Source of the DNA: Macrostomum lignano
Taxonomy: Eukaryota
Length of the DNA stretch: 64,000 bases
Assembly: GCA_002269645.1 (NCBI GenBank)
Contig: NIVC01002153.1
Location: 135,595 to 199,594, forward strand
Direction: 5' to 3'
The position numbers and the translations under genes were made by a program. Below the pieces are notes generated by a model. That model searched no databases. It had not been told where the DNA came from and was given only the letters and a program-made list of their open reading frames with translations. Shown here one piece after another: positions 48,691 through 63,000 of this stretch. Within the stretch, counting starts at the first letter, position 1; every line of letters begins with the position of its first letter.

Positions 48691-50563
48691 CCTGCACATT
48701 TTTCAGTTTTGTTGTTGTTATCTTGCCATTTGTCAAATACAACCTTTAGACTCTGGCAGTTTGTACCCCCGTTTCCCTGCTACCCCATCAATGTAGAGCT
48801 AGAACCTGCTATGGCCAGTGAGAATTGAGGAAGGCACAAGGGCCAGCAAAATAAAACAGTACGACAGTACTTCCCAAATGGGAAACAAGTGTTCTTTCAT
48901 TGAAGACATGGTCAAAAAACCTGCCTCTGTTCTGAGTTCCGAGTTCTAGATCTATATAATTATAAACTGTTTTATTATTAATATATTTAGACTACTCTAT
49001 CATTTCTGTATTATTCCTAAATTTCTGAGTCTTAAGTACTGCCCTGTACTTTACAGTTCAAACATTAAGAAATTTTGGTCTTATGAAGCCTCCACCGAGA
49101 AGACGAATGTATAATAGCTTCATTACATATACAAAATGTACGAGTATCTGCCTTTACTTAACTGAGAATAATTATTGACGTCACTGTTATGGAACATAAA
49201 ACCTACCACTTGGTATCTGTGCCCAGTTGGCAATGGAACTCTACTATAATAAGAAAGTAGATGACATATGCTCGTATTTAGCGACTGTAAAGTTTCGCGT
49301 AGACAACATTTAGCAATTGTGAAAGTAGATAACATTTAGCAGTTGTGAAAGTAGATGACATTTAGCAGTTGTGAAAGTAGATGGCATTTAGCGGTTTTAA
49401 AGTTTTGCGGTTGTGAAGTTTTGCGTTTGTGAAAGTGACTGCAAAAAATAGCGGTTGTGAAGTTTCGCATTTGTGAAATTTAGTGCTTATGAAAGTAGGT
49501 GATTTAGCAGTTGTGAAGTTTCGCGTTTATGAAAGTAGGTGATTTAGTGGTTATGAAATTTTGCATTTGTGAAAGCAACCCAGGTAAAGACCTTAGGGGC
49601 CATGAAGTAATGGGGGGGGGGTGACCTGTGGCCTGTGGTCTTGGACTGAAAACCTCATCTCGCTCTTAAGTGGAAAAAGGTTGCCAACCCCTAAATTTAC
49701 AAGGACACTATATTTGATTCTATATAGGCCCCCTAAAATGATTTTTTCTACTAATTATCTATAGATATATTTTTTGTTTACCAGCCTCTACTAACTGTCT
49801 AGATATATTTTTGATCAATATATATACACTTTCTACAATTCTACATAGTTTCCATTCATACTAGAGTAGCCTAATATCATGTGTAATTTGAGAGATAAGA
49901 ATTGGGTATATATGAAATCTACATTCTACAATACTGTTTAATAGGGTAGAAGAGTGGCTCTATATTTTGGTAAAGGCAGCCCTTCTGACACCCCCTACCC
50001 CTAGTTGCACTATAAAAATCAGTGTATATATGAATATACATTTTGTGTAGGCAAGTATAAACTAGGTTTTTGGTTTCTTTTTTATATTAATCAAATAAAA
50101 TCAATCAATTAGCGTAGATAGACTAGCAACAATTCAGAATTAAGCTAGGCTATATATATTGATATATATCTATTTATTTATTGCAATTAGCATCAACTAT
50201 ATCTATTTTTATAATAACAAAGTTTGGCATTCTTCTCAAATTGTTCATTTAACTATTTTTTAGTGTTTTTCATATTTTCTCTACTTTAGAAGCTGATTTT
50301 AGCATGTTTGTATATACCTCAAGCTATTAAAATAGTACAATTAACAACTTTGTTTTTTAAGCACTTTTTCCATCTTTAGCAATTCTTAATGATTCCTAAC
50401 AATTTGAGGGCAGCCTCCTGGCATGGTGTTATAGACTTAATGGTTGGTTAATGGTCTTAGCAAGAACTAATTAGTAGCAAGAAAAGAAGTCTGAGTGCTT
50501 AGACTTCCTTTTCCTCTAACCAACTCATCCCTTTGGACCATATATATTCCCAACAAGCATAAG

Positions 50564-50815
50564 CATACATGCGCAACAGTTGGCCGAGTCGGCCGATCCG
50601 GCCGACCGATTTGGCGGCCAACCAAGGAAGTCGCAAAAATGCCCACCCGGCTTAATAAGACAGTCATAGTTACTCCTGCCGTTTACCCAAAGTTGCGTTA
50701 ATTTTGCTTTAGGGTTTTTTTACATGTAAGTCACATTTTTGGCCAAAAACTACATCGCATTTTTGTTAAAACTAAGTCGCATGGCCGACCAAATTTCAGA
50801 GGTTGCGCATGTATG
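50564..50815. mobile_element. 252-bp MITE (hAT- or P-superfamily type)
   Basis: Perfect 14-bp TIR CATACATGCGCAAC/GTTGCGCATGTATG; perfect 8-bp TSD AGCATAAG at 50556-50563 and 50816-50823; internal GGCCGA repeats and palindromes. Confidence 0.9.
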
Positions 50816-53800
50816 AGCATAAGTGCCATATTAGACAACATGTGTTAGATTTGTATTTTCTGTTTTGCAATATTTTCTGTTTTGCAATTCAGCCTCGTAC
50901 TTTTCAGTTAGCCAACTCTTTTCATCTACTATGCTCTTCCCATAGACAATCTGAGCCAATAATTTACTATAGATATTTAAGCTAACCTGTTTGCTATGTT
51001 AGTATAAATATAAGTTTAACTTGTGGCCTAGGCTTTTCACTTCTTTTTTGCCCCACTCTAGGGAGTCTAGTCTAAAGATGGAAAAAGTTGTCAAAAAAAA
51101 TTAATTTTACTGTTTTAATAGCTTAGGGGATGTCCAAACATGCTAAACTCAGCTTCTAAAGTGGAGAAAATATAAAACATTGAAAAAATAGTTTAATAAA
51201 TGATTTGAGAAGAATGCCTAAAGTTTAGAAATGTCCCAAGATGAAATTTTTGTATGAAATCCTAGACACATTTTATGCACGCTGACAAAAACGTGTACAC
51301 ACATTTCTGGCTAACTTGCATAACTTTAAAAGGTTTACATGTGCACGGCTGATAACTTATTATTCTAAGAAATCTTACAAAACTTCATTTAAAATTTTAA
51401 ATATTGCACTTGTTGTTGAAAAAACAAAGTTATTATATATCTAAAAATTACATTAAAAGTACATTAGCCTCTGCAAACTACATTAAACTCAAAAGAGAAT
51501 TATAAAGTTTATTTTTAAAGATTTATTTAAACTTTAACAAAACATTATAAAAAAGTTGCTTAAAAATTATTGTGCCAAAAAACTTGCATGGTTTTGGGTA
51601 AAAAACTTGCATGAAAAAAATGCGCATAACTTTTTGTTTCAAAATTGTTATGCAAAGATTCTATCCTATGTAATGACTATCAAAAGCTGTGGATTATGAT
51701 AGATATAAATTATGGTAGCATAATAGGACTTATCATAGGCCTATTGGCATTAGTCAAAAGGAATATGGGTTAATAGGGCCCATACAAAAATGAGTTTTTA
51801 TTGTATAATAGGCCTATACTTTTAGATTAGGGCTTATATACTACAAACTATAGATATGTTACATTAGATATTTATATTCTGTAATCATATACAGGTGAGC
51901 TTTAGCTTGAATGTATTATCATATATGTCTAGCCCTAGCTGTCCCCTGGCTGAAGCTTTAGATAAACTTAGTAAGCTCTCTTCCCTAGTAGTGCATACCA
52001 TGTATATATAGTAGGCCTACATAGTACTAAAAACTAGGCCCTAGATCTAGACCACCTAAGACATTGTTGTTGCATTTGAGAATTTTTCCAAAAGAACTGT
52101 ATCTTTGTAAGTATAAGTCATAGAGTTGTTGACGTTCCTGGACACTTTGTCATTGAATAGGCCTAGGGACTAGTACGGCCTAACGTCTAACGAATTGGCC
52201 ATGAAAATAATGGCAGGAGAAACAAGGATAAAGGCAAGACTAGGCCTACCAATCGTTAAAGTTATAGAGCCTAGTTTCTGCCGAAGAGCAGGAGTTAGAG
52301 TAGGCCTACAAGTACAACTACAACTAGAAGTATAGATAGGCTGATGATAGGCATTTGCTTGTCTCTTCTCGAATTTTTTATTCTTCTTGAACCCCGCTTC
52401 AATCAGAGGGATAGTAAATTTGTTTACTTTAACTTTAAACAATTGTTTAATTTAAACTTTTAACCATTTCTTTGCAACACCACTGGAAGTACACGACCCG
52501 AGGTGGCTGGGATACGCTTGTCCACTCGTCATGCCATGCAACCGAACCTGTCGTAGAAAAAATACTTTTGAATAGAAATTTGAAACCTAAAACTTATGTA
52601 AAACAGGCTTAAAAACAAATAAATAAAAAAATGCATATAAAAATTCAAAATAAATTTGGTAGTTTTTTAGGTTATCTGACATTTTTTTAATCAAAGAAAG
52701 AAACTATTTTTGTTTTAAAACACAAACATATTTTTAGGCCTGGCAATTTAACACTATATATTTCAAAAAGGGAAAAATAAAAAATAAAAAATAAAGAATA
52801 AAAATATTTCTATTGTTTCATACGATGGCGCAAAAAAACCTTATTACATTGCATTTGAAAATTGAAAGGGAAATAATGGCTGCTTCAGTCCGAGTGCAAA
52901 ACCTTACAAAGATAGATTTTTCCCAGATAACTTGAGCAAAGTTAAAACCAACAATATATTATTTAAACTGGTGGTTTATAGCTAGCTGCTAGTTTTTTGG
53001 CTATTCGCTCAAACAAAGTTAACCAATTGTTTAAGAACTTCATCCTAGTAGTTTGAAAAACTGTGTTTCCGGGTTTTTCAACAGATACAAAACGGAAAGA
53101 GATTTAATTTAAAAAGGGGGATTTCTACGAAACTGAAAGAAATTAACTCCTATAGGCTTTTCACGAAGATCGGTTCCAGAACCAGAATAATACCGATTCC
53201 AGAACTAGAATCGGAAAAAATGAAAAGCGTCGAATTTTTCTATTCTATTTCTGTCCTATTATATTACTTCTTAAAAGATAAAAACATTTTTTTCTAAAAT
53301 CGAGAAACCAGTATTCTCTTTAAAATTTTTGAAATGTTATTTCAAAGCCGCGGGGTTGGCAAAGTTTATTACCACCTTTTTGCACCTCTTCAGGTCCCTC
53401 AATCTTGCAATATTTTTTAATACTCATAGAAAATTTTAGCAAAATAGCATAAAATATTCGCTGTTATTCTTACCTCAATGCTCAATACACCATTTTTTAA
53501 ATAAAAAATAAATATACACTTTTTGGACTATTTAAGATTTTATTAGACTTCCTTGTTGTCAAAATTTTTTTGATATATTATAATATTATAGGGCTTTTTT
53601 CTTTCTTGTGAAAATCATGCCACTTGCTCTGTTTTAGAATATCTTGCTATTACTAAGTTGTACTAGGCCTGTGTGCTTTCTATTATGGCTATGAATATGA
53701 TTTATCCTTTTAATCTTATGATACTTTTTAGTTATTGAAGACTGAAGTATATACTAGACTTAGTTGGCTATTGTTGCTATGATTTACCACTAGTAGCTTC

Positions 53801-54494
53801 AGTGCCCAAGCAACAAGATATTATCCATATCCATATACTAAAAATGAAAATCTTGCTTGTATGTTTGTATGAAATCGATTTTCTCCTGAATGGCTTCTTC
53901 TTCTTCTTCTTCTTCAAACTTGCACTGTTCAATCAGAAATTTTCCTGGGATGGTACATGCATCTTGGCTAAGAAATTTCTCAATATTAAAGGGATTAAAT
54001 ATTCGAAAAACACGTTTTTTTTGCAAAGCAAAGGTGAAAGGTCAAGCAAACTTTTCAACTTGAAATGCATTGTAAGAATGCTAGAGAAAAAACTGACTGG
54101 TTGAATTTTGATTCTGAAATAGATTGCATCACACCAGGCTTTTTATTTATTGTCTATATACTGGCTGAGTTTTGACACTGAATTGAATTGCATCACAGTA
54201 TTAAAAATGCAGTGTAAGACTAAGACTAAGATTTGCCTAAGAAATTGATTATGTCATAACTGCTTCGTGTGACTTTTACTCAATTGACTTGGTATGAGTG
54301 TTGAATTATATAAGTGCTACAAATTCATTTATAATTTCAATGAGAGCTAGCCTAGATGTGAACACACTAGACTGCTAATGTAGCAACCTGGGTTCGAATC
54401 TTAGAAGTGTAGGCCCTATAAAAAATAAAAGTAGCATAATTTTTTTCATTGAAAGCCTTTTTTAAATTACTAATTAAAAAGACCTAGATTATGG

Positions 54495-55100
54495 CGCTAG
54501 ATAAACCAAGGATTATTGCACTTGATAAGCCAAGGATTATTGCCCTTGATAAACCAAGGATTACTGCACTTGATAAACCAAGGATTATTGCACTTGATAA
54601 ACCAAAGATTATATCACTTTGATAATAAGGAATATTGCACTAGATAAACCAAGGAATATTGCACTTGATAAGGCAATGATTATTGCACTTGATAAACCAA
54701 GAATTACTGCGCTTGATAAACAAAGGATTATTGCACTTGATAAGCCAAGGATTACTGTGCTAGATAAACCAAGGATTATTGCACTTGATAAACCAGGGAT
54801 TATTGCACTTGATAAACAAAGGATTATTGCACTTGATAAACCAAGGATTATTGCACTTTGATAATAAGGAATATTGCGCTCGATAAACCAAGGAATATTG
54901 TACTTGATAAGCCAAGAATTATTGCACTAGATTAGAAAGGGCTATTGCACTAGCCCAGACATAGATTTTTGGACTTGATGAGTAAAGGATTATTGCACTA
55001 AATGTGAAGCTGATTATTGCGCTGTTTAAAAAGAGATTATTGCGCTTGCTAAGACATGGATTGTTGCACAACCTAAGAAAGCAATTATTGCATTAGCGGA
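54495..55100 (+). repeat. 24-bp minisatellite GATAAACCAAGGATTATTGCACTT
   Basis: Tandem repetition decaying at the 3' end. Confidence 0.92.
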
Positions 55101-55119
55101 GGTAACATTTTCTCTAGCT

Positions 55120-55640
55120 ACTTGCTGTCTCGTGGATGCTTGCTATCTGGAGGATGCTTGCTATCAAGGGGGGATACTTGCTATTTGGGAGTTGGGGGTA
55201 CTGGCTACATGTATTTGATTCTTTCTATCCAGGGATGCTTGCTATTTAGGGATTCTTGCTATCTGCAGGATGCTTGCCATCTGGGTGGATACTTCTATAA
55301 TATCTGGGGGGGGGGTGCTTGCTATCTGCAGGTACTTGCTATCTGGGTAGATGCTTCTATCTGGGGGGTGCTTGCTATTTGCAGGATGCTTCTATAATAT
55401 CTGGGGGTGCTTGCTATTTGCAGGATGCTTCTATAATATCTGGGGGGTGCTTGCTATTTGCAATATCTGGGGGGTGCTTGCTATCTGCAGGATGCTTGCT
55501 ATCTGGGTGGATACTTTAACAATATCTGGGGGATGCTTGCTATCTGCAGAATGCTTGCTATCTGGGTGAATGCTTCTATCTGGGGGATGCTTGCTGTCTG
55601 CAGTTGTTTACTTTTGGAGGGGGGTGCTTGCTATCTTGAG
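55120..55640 (+). repeat. Degenerate GCTTGCTATCTG-based repeat
   Basis: Recurrent 18-20 bp units. Confidence 0.85.
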
Positions 55641-57005
55641 AATATTTTATATTTTCTATTTAGGAGAAGCTATATTTTGTTGTCTGTTTGTTAATTTTAG
55701 AGAAAAAGTGATTCTTTCACTTTGCAAACACCTTTGTCCATGACAATTTTACACGAATAAGGTGATTTATAAAAGTGAAAAAGGAATTGGTATTTAAGAA
55801 AATGTGCTTTTTTATTGTTTTCCATGAACTATTTTTGCTCCTTTCTTATTAGGCGCCCCAAAGGGGGGCCACACTAGATTGCTAGTTAAATTACTAATTA
55901 CAAATTCCAAAAAAGTATTACCAATTATCAAGGGATTCCTAGCTTCATTTATGGAATTATAATCTATCACGGCTTGCTATTGCATTACACTATTTTTTGT
56001 CTAATAGCACATCTTTATTTTTTAGGAATTCTTTTCCATTTTCCTTTTGATACTAGACAATTCACCTAATTCCTTACTGTGCATTATGATTTATTCAAGA
56101 AATCATTAATATATCACTTTCTTTTTAGGCCATATTGTGGAAGGTTTTCAGTGTACGCCAGACACATTTTCATTGAATTTTCAATTGTACGCCAACAAAT
56201 TTTAAATGTATGCCAACTTTCTTAATGTGCGCTAACAAAAACTAATGGTAAAAAAATCGACAAATATTTAAATTTAAATTTAAATTACAAAAAATTGATA
56301 CCAACATGACACATGTTGTGACGATTCCGGTAATTCAAATGATTAGTAAATGAGAAAATAGTAGCAGAAAAAAAAGGTTTTTGAAATAACTTTACACAGA
56401 AAAATGCACAACAAATTATTTATATTAATTTGTATGCTAGTCGTGTATGCCACACTATATGCCACACTGTACACAGCCAAGAAATGTATGCCGGTATATG
56501 CCACAAAACTATATGCCTTCCGCAATATGGTTTATAGGCAATACATTTTAGTTTCAACCCTAAATGTCTTTGTTTTGCAATTACTACTCTTATCAGCAAA
56601 CACTGGTTTAACACATCTTAATTTGTAGGCACTGCTTCTATCCAAATGACTAAAAAAGACTAAAAATTTGTTTAGAATTTGTTTAGCTTTTTGCTTTTTT
56701 ATACTTGTTTTAGAATCTTCCCTTTAGATTGCACCTAGTCGAATAAAATTGGATGCAGTTTACCAAAACAAGTTATATGGTAAAACAAATTCTGTAAAAC
56801 AAATAATTTTTGGTGGAAATTTAAAATATAGAAAAACTAATGTTCTCATAGACCTATTACAGTAGCTAAAATCTAGTTAAAGTATTATTGGCTAGCACTA
56901 AATAAAATGGATTCCTTTATCTTCCTATTTTAGCTTTATTTATAGTTTTAAAAGAATAAATTTCTGTTACTTATAGTAGCTACAAACTTTTTTTCAAGTT
57001 CCAAA

Positions 57006-60000
57006 ATGTCATCAAATCAACTTACTACTCCAAGCAGTGGTGCCAATAGCAAAGTGGTCAGCAAATTCTATAAATTTGGCCAACCCCAGGCAGCAGAGAA
57101 GCAGATGCTGCAGCAGCAGTGCCGCAAACGATTCACTGGCACTCAGTCGCATCCTCGTAAGCAGCCTTTGTTCGCTAGCAAATCGCCTTATTCAAAGCCA
57201 GTTGGAATTAGCAAGCCACCGCCAGGCCACCAGCTGCATCATGTTACCGATTCTCCAGCTAGAAAACAACCTCGAACAGTTTTTCGATTCGGTTTGGATA
57301 AAGATTCGCCTAAATTGTTGTTGGAATCTCAACAGACTGGAACTGAAAATGTAACCAATTCGGAACCAGATTCTTGCCCGGCTGCAAATGGTCAGTCTTC
57401 TTCTTCAAACAGAGTCCAATCTGATGTGATCGAACTTGAAGAAGCTGAGTTGGAGCCTTCTAATCAAAGCGAAAGTCGTGGCCAGCAGCAACAGCTTAGC
57501 AACAATGCTAATATAAATTCTTGCAATGAATTTTTTGGTCTGCCAATGTTTGTTAAAGATTTGCTGAAAAAGCACAAAGGCATTGATAAGTTGTACGGTA
57601 AGTTTCTTGAGGTATTCTTTTCTAATATTAATTGTTCCTATGGCTATCCTCTTTATTAAAAAACAATGTCGACAACTTCATCCATTGTCCACCTCAAAGA
57701 ATCGGCCATTAATCGGTCACTTCTTTGTCCACTTCTAAGAATCGGCCATTGTCCACTTCTAAGAATCGGCTATTGTGTACTTCTAAGAATCGGCTATTGT
57801 CCACTTCTAAAAGAATGGGTCATTGTCCACTTCTAAAATTATGGACCATCGCTTCTAAAAATTGGCCATTGTCCACTTCCAAGAATCGGCCATTGTTAAC
57901 TTCTTACAATCGGCGATTGTCCAATTTAAAAAATCGGCCATTGTCCAATTTTAAGAATCGGCCATTGTCCAATTTTAAGAATCGGCCATTGTCCAATTTT
58001 AAGAATCCTCCATTGTCCACTTTTAAGAATTGGCCATTGTCCACTTTTAAGAATCGGCCATTGTCCACTTTTAAGAATCGGCCATTGTCCTCTTCTAAGA
58101 ATAGGCCATTGTCCTCTCTCCTAAGAGTCGGCCATTGTCCACTTCTAAGAATCGGCCATTGTCCACTTCTAAGAATCGGCCATTGTCCACTTCTAAGAAT
58201 CGGCCATTGTCCAATTTTAAGAATTCTCCATTGTCCACTTTTAAGAATCGGCCATTGTCCTCTTCTAAGAATAGGCCATTGTCCTCTCTCCTAAGAGTCG
58301 GCCATTGTCCACTTCTAAGAATCGGCCATTGTCCACTTCTAAGAATCGGCCATTGTCCACTTTTAAGAATCGGCCATTGTCCTCTTCTAAGAGTCGGCCA
58401 TTGTCCACTTCTAAGAATCGGCCATTGTCCACCTCTAGGAATCGGCCATTGTCCACCTAAGAATCGGCCATTGTCCACCTAAGAATCGGCCATTGTCCAC
58501 CTAAAAATCGGCCATTGTCCACCTAAGAATCGGCCATTGTCCACCTAAGAATCGGCCATTGTCCACCTAAAAATCGGCCATTGTCCACCTAAGAATCGGC
58601 CATTGTCCACCTAAGAATCGGCCATTGTCCACCTAAAAATCGGCCATTGTCCACCTAAGAATCGGCCATTGTCCACCTAAGAATCGGCCATTGTCCACCT
58701 AAAAATCGGCCATTGTCCACCTAAGAATCGGCCATTGTCCAACTCGAAGAATTGGCAATAGTCCAATATCCAGAGTCTAAGAGTTGCTTCAACCCCCCCC
58801 CCCCCTCAACGCCCTCAGACTGGCAGACAGACTGCCTGTCCATGCCAGCAGTTCAGTCCGGCGGCAACTTGGTGTACAGCCTGCCAACAAGCGGTGGCAA
58901 AACATTGGTAGCGGAACTGCTCATACTCCAACAGTTGCTAGTGAACGGTCGAGATGCATTATTCGTGTTGCCGTTTGTCTCAATAGTACAGGAGAAAGTT
59001 CTATCAACTAGCGCCCTAGGACTCGAGCTGGGCTTCCTAGTGGAAGAATACGCTCACCATAAGGGTCGACTACCACCCGTGAAGCGTAGAAATCGAAAAA
59101 CGTTGTACATCGCCACTATTGAGAAGGCTCTGGCCCTGGTTAACAGTCTGATTGAAGAGAAACGAATCGAAGAATTGGGTATTGTAGTTGTGGACGAGTT
59201 GCACATGATTGGCGAATCTGGACGGGGCTCTACATTGGAGTCCTTAATTACTAAGGTGCTAATATTATTTAGATTTTGCAACCTTACCTAGACTAGTTCA
59301 GATATGAATAGCAGATTACTTCTGCGGTATTCTTGAAAAGTTGCAGTTTAGCTAGCCGAAAAAATCGCCCAAAGACTATCTGGGGAATCGCTCATGGACT
59401 GGAGAATCGCCCATAGATAGACTATCCAGAGGATCACCCATTAACTATCCAGAGGATCACCCATTAACTATCCAGAGGATCACCCATTAACTATCCAGAG
59501 GATCACCCATTAACTATCCAGAGGATCACCCATACACTATCCAGAGGATCACCCATACACTATCCAGAGGATCACCCATTAACTATCCAGAGGATCACCC
59601 ATACACTATCCAGAGGATCACCCATACACTATCCAGAGGATCACCCATACACTATCCAGAGGATCACCCATTAACTATCCAGAGGATCACCCATACACTA
59701 TCCAGAGGATCACCCATTAACTATCCAGAGGATCACCCATTAACTATCCAGAGGATCACCCATTAACTATCCAGAGGATCACCCATTAACTTTCCAGAGG
59801 ATCACCCATTAACTATCCAGAGGATCACCCATACACTATCCAGAGGATCACCCATACACTATCCAGAGGATCACCCATTAACTATCCAGAGGATCACCCA
59901 TTAACTATCCAGAGGATCACCCATTAACTATCCAGAGGATCACCCATTAACTATCCAGAGGATCACCCATTAACTATCCAGAGGATCACCCATTAACTAT

Positions 60001-63000
60001 CCAGAGGATCACCCATTAACTATCCAGAGGATCACCCATTAACTATCCAGAGGATCACCCATACACTATCCAGAGGATCACCCATTAACTATCCAGAGGA
60101 TCACCCATTAACTATCCAGAGGATCACCCATACACTATCCAGAGGATCACCCATACACTATCCAGAGGATCACCCATTAACTATCCAGAGGATCACCCAT
60201 ACACTATCCAGAGGATCACCCATACACTATCCAGAGGATCACCCATTAACTATCCAGAGGATCACCCATACACTATCCAGAGGATCACCCATTAACTATC
60301 CAGAGGATCACCCATACACTATCCAGAGGATCACCCATTAACTATCCAGAGGATCACCCATTAACTATCCAGAGGATCACCCATTAACTATCCAGAGGAT
60401 CACCCATTAACTATCCAGAGGATCACCCATTAACTATCCAGAGGATCACCCATACACTATCCAGAGGATCACCCATACACTATCCAGAGGATCACCCATT
60501 AACTATCCAGAGGATCACCCATTAACTATCCAGAGGATCACCCATTAACTATCCAGAGGATCACCCATTAACTATCCAGAGGATCACCCATTAACTATCC
60601 AGAGGATCACCCATTAACTATCCAGAGGATCACCCATTAACTATCCAGAGGATCACCCATTAACTATCCAGAGGATCACCCATACACTATCCAGAGGATC
60701 ACCCATTAACTATCCAGAGGATCACCCATTAACTATCCAGAGGATCACCCATTAACTATCCAGAGGATCATCCATACACTATCCAGAGGATCACCCATAC
60801 ACTATCCAGAGAATAACCCATAGACTACCAGAGAATCGCCCATAGACTATCCAGAGAATCGCCCATAGACTATCCAGAGAATCGCCCATAGACTATCCAC
60901 AGAATCGCCCATAGACTATCCAGAGAATCGCCCATAGACTATCCAGAGAATCGCCCATAGACTACCCAGAGAATCGCCCATAGACTATCCAGAGAATCGC
61001 CCATAGACTATCCACAGAATCGCCCATAGACTATCCAGAGAATCGCCCATAGACTATCCAGAGAATAACCCATAGACTACCCAGAGAATCGCCCATAGAC
61101 TATCCAGAGAATCGCCCATAGACTATCCACAGAATCGCCCATAGACTATCCAGAGAATCGCCCATAGACTATCCAGAGAATCGCCCATAGACTACCCAGA
61201 GAATCGCCCATAGACTATCCAGAGAATCGCCCATAGAATAACCAGAGAATCGCCAATAGAGTATCCAGAGAATCGCCCATAGACTATCCAGAGAATCGCC
61301 CATAGACTATCCAGAGAATCCCTCATAGACTATTTAGAGAATCGCCCATAGACTATCTGGAGAATCGCCCATAGACTATCCAGAGAATCGCCCATAGAAT
61401 AACCAGAGAATCGCCCATAGACTATCCAGAGAATCGCCCATAGACTACCCAGAGAATCGCCCATAGACTATCCAGAGAATCGCCCATAGACTATCCACAG
61501 AATCGCCCATAGACTATCCAGAGAATCGCCCATAGACTATCCAGAGAATAACCCATAGACTACCCAGAGAATCGCCCATAGACTATCCAGAGAATCGCCC
61601 ATAGACTATCCACAGAATCGCCCATAGACTATCCAGAGAATCGCCCATAGACTATCCAGAGAATCGCCCATAGACTACCAGAGAATCGCCCGTAGACTAT
61701 CCAGAGAATCGCCCATAGAATAACCAGAGAATCGCCAATAGAGTATCCAGAGAATCGCCCATAGACTATCCAGAGAATCGCCCATAGACTATCCAGAGAA
61801 TCCCTCATAGACTATTTAGAGAATCGCCCATAGACTATCTGGAGAATCGCCCATAGACTATCCAGAGAATCGCCCATAGAATAACCAGAGAATCGCCCAT
61901 AGAATAACCAGAGAATCGCCAATAGAGTATCCAGAGAATCGCCATAGACTATCCAGAGAATCGCCCATAGACTATCCAGAGAATCGCCCATAGAATAACC
62001 AGAGAATCGCCAATAGAGTATCCAGAGAATCGCCCATAGACTATCCAGAGAATCGCCCATAGACTATCCAGAGAATCCCTCATAGACTATTTAGAGAATC
62101 GCCCATAGACTATCTGGAGAATCGCCCATAGACTATCCAGAGAATCGCCCATAGAATAACCAGAGAATCGCCCATAGAATAACCAGAGAATCGCCCATAG
62201 ACTATCCAGAGAATCGCCCATAGACTATCCAGAGAATCGCCCATAGAATAACCAGAGAATCGCCCATAGAGTATCCAGAGAATCGCCCATAGACTATCCA
62301 GAGAATCGCCCATAGACTATCCAGAGAATCCCTCATAGACTATTTAGAGAATCGCCCATAGACTATCTGGAGAATCGCCCATAGACTATCCAGAGAATCG
62401 CCCATAGACTATCTGAAGAATCGCCAATAGACTACCTAGAGAATCGGCATAGACTATCCACAGAATCGCCAACAGACTATCAATAATTCACCCTTTAGGT
62501 ATAAAAAATCACTTGAGTATAACTTACGAGTACTCTTATGCCTAGCTGACTACTACGAGTTATAAACATGTTAATTAAGCACTATAAATAAAATTTATTT
62601 GATCAGATTCGATTTTGTTCGCGCGCGGAGCCGCCTGGTCGGCATGAGCGCCACTCTCAGCAACTTGGACCAGCTGGCCTCGTGTTTGAAGGCCTCTCTA
62701 TTCACTGGAAATTTCCGTCCAGTTCAACTGAAAGAATACGTGAAAATTGAAGATACAATTTATCGATTAGTAACTAATAGCCCGCAGTCGAATTTGGACG
62801 AGTCTTCTTCTAGTATGACGTTTGTTAGGCGGCTGAATCACGACAGTTTTGTTGGTCGATTGTATCCGGATAAAGCTAGCCGAGCTGCGGATCCTGACCT
62901 GCTGTGCGGACTTGTGCTGGAGGTGAGCATGCGCGTCTTGTAATCTCATTAGTAATCCAAATGCAATCCGAAACTCAAATCCTATAATCCCAAGATCCCT

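Larger units (their letters stand above)
45009..49581 (+). mobile_element. Phantom-type Mutator (MULE) DNA transposon with long foldback-like TIRs, degenerate
   Basis: Inverted ends GGGTGGGTTTCACAAACGCAAAATTTCATAACC / reverse complement GGGTTGCTTTCACAAATGCAAAATTTCATAACC, each followed by arrays of TTTCACAACCGCTAAATGTCATCTAC-type units; flanks AGAGTAAAG / AG-GTAAAG (degenerate 9-bp TSD). Confidence 0.82.

Noticed and set aside
52480-52560. GC-richer patch that might be an exon
   Set aside because: No consistent splice pair or recognisable protein.
56140-56520. Dispersed TGTA(C/T)GCCA motifs as transposon subterminal repeats
   Set aside because: All in the same orientation, with no TIR or TSD found.
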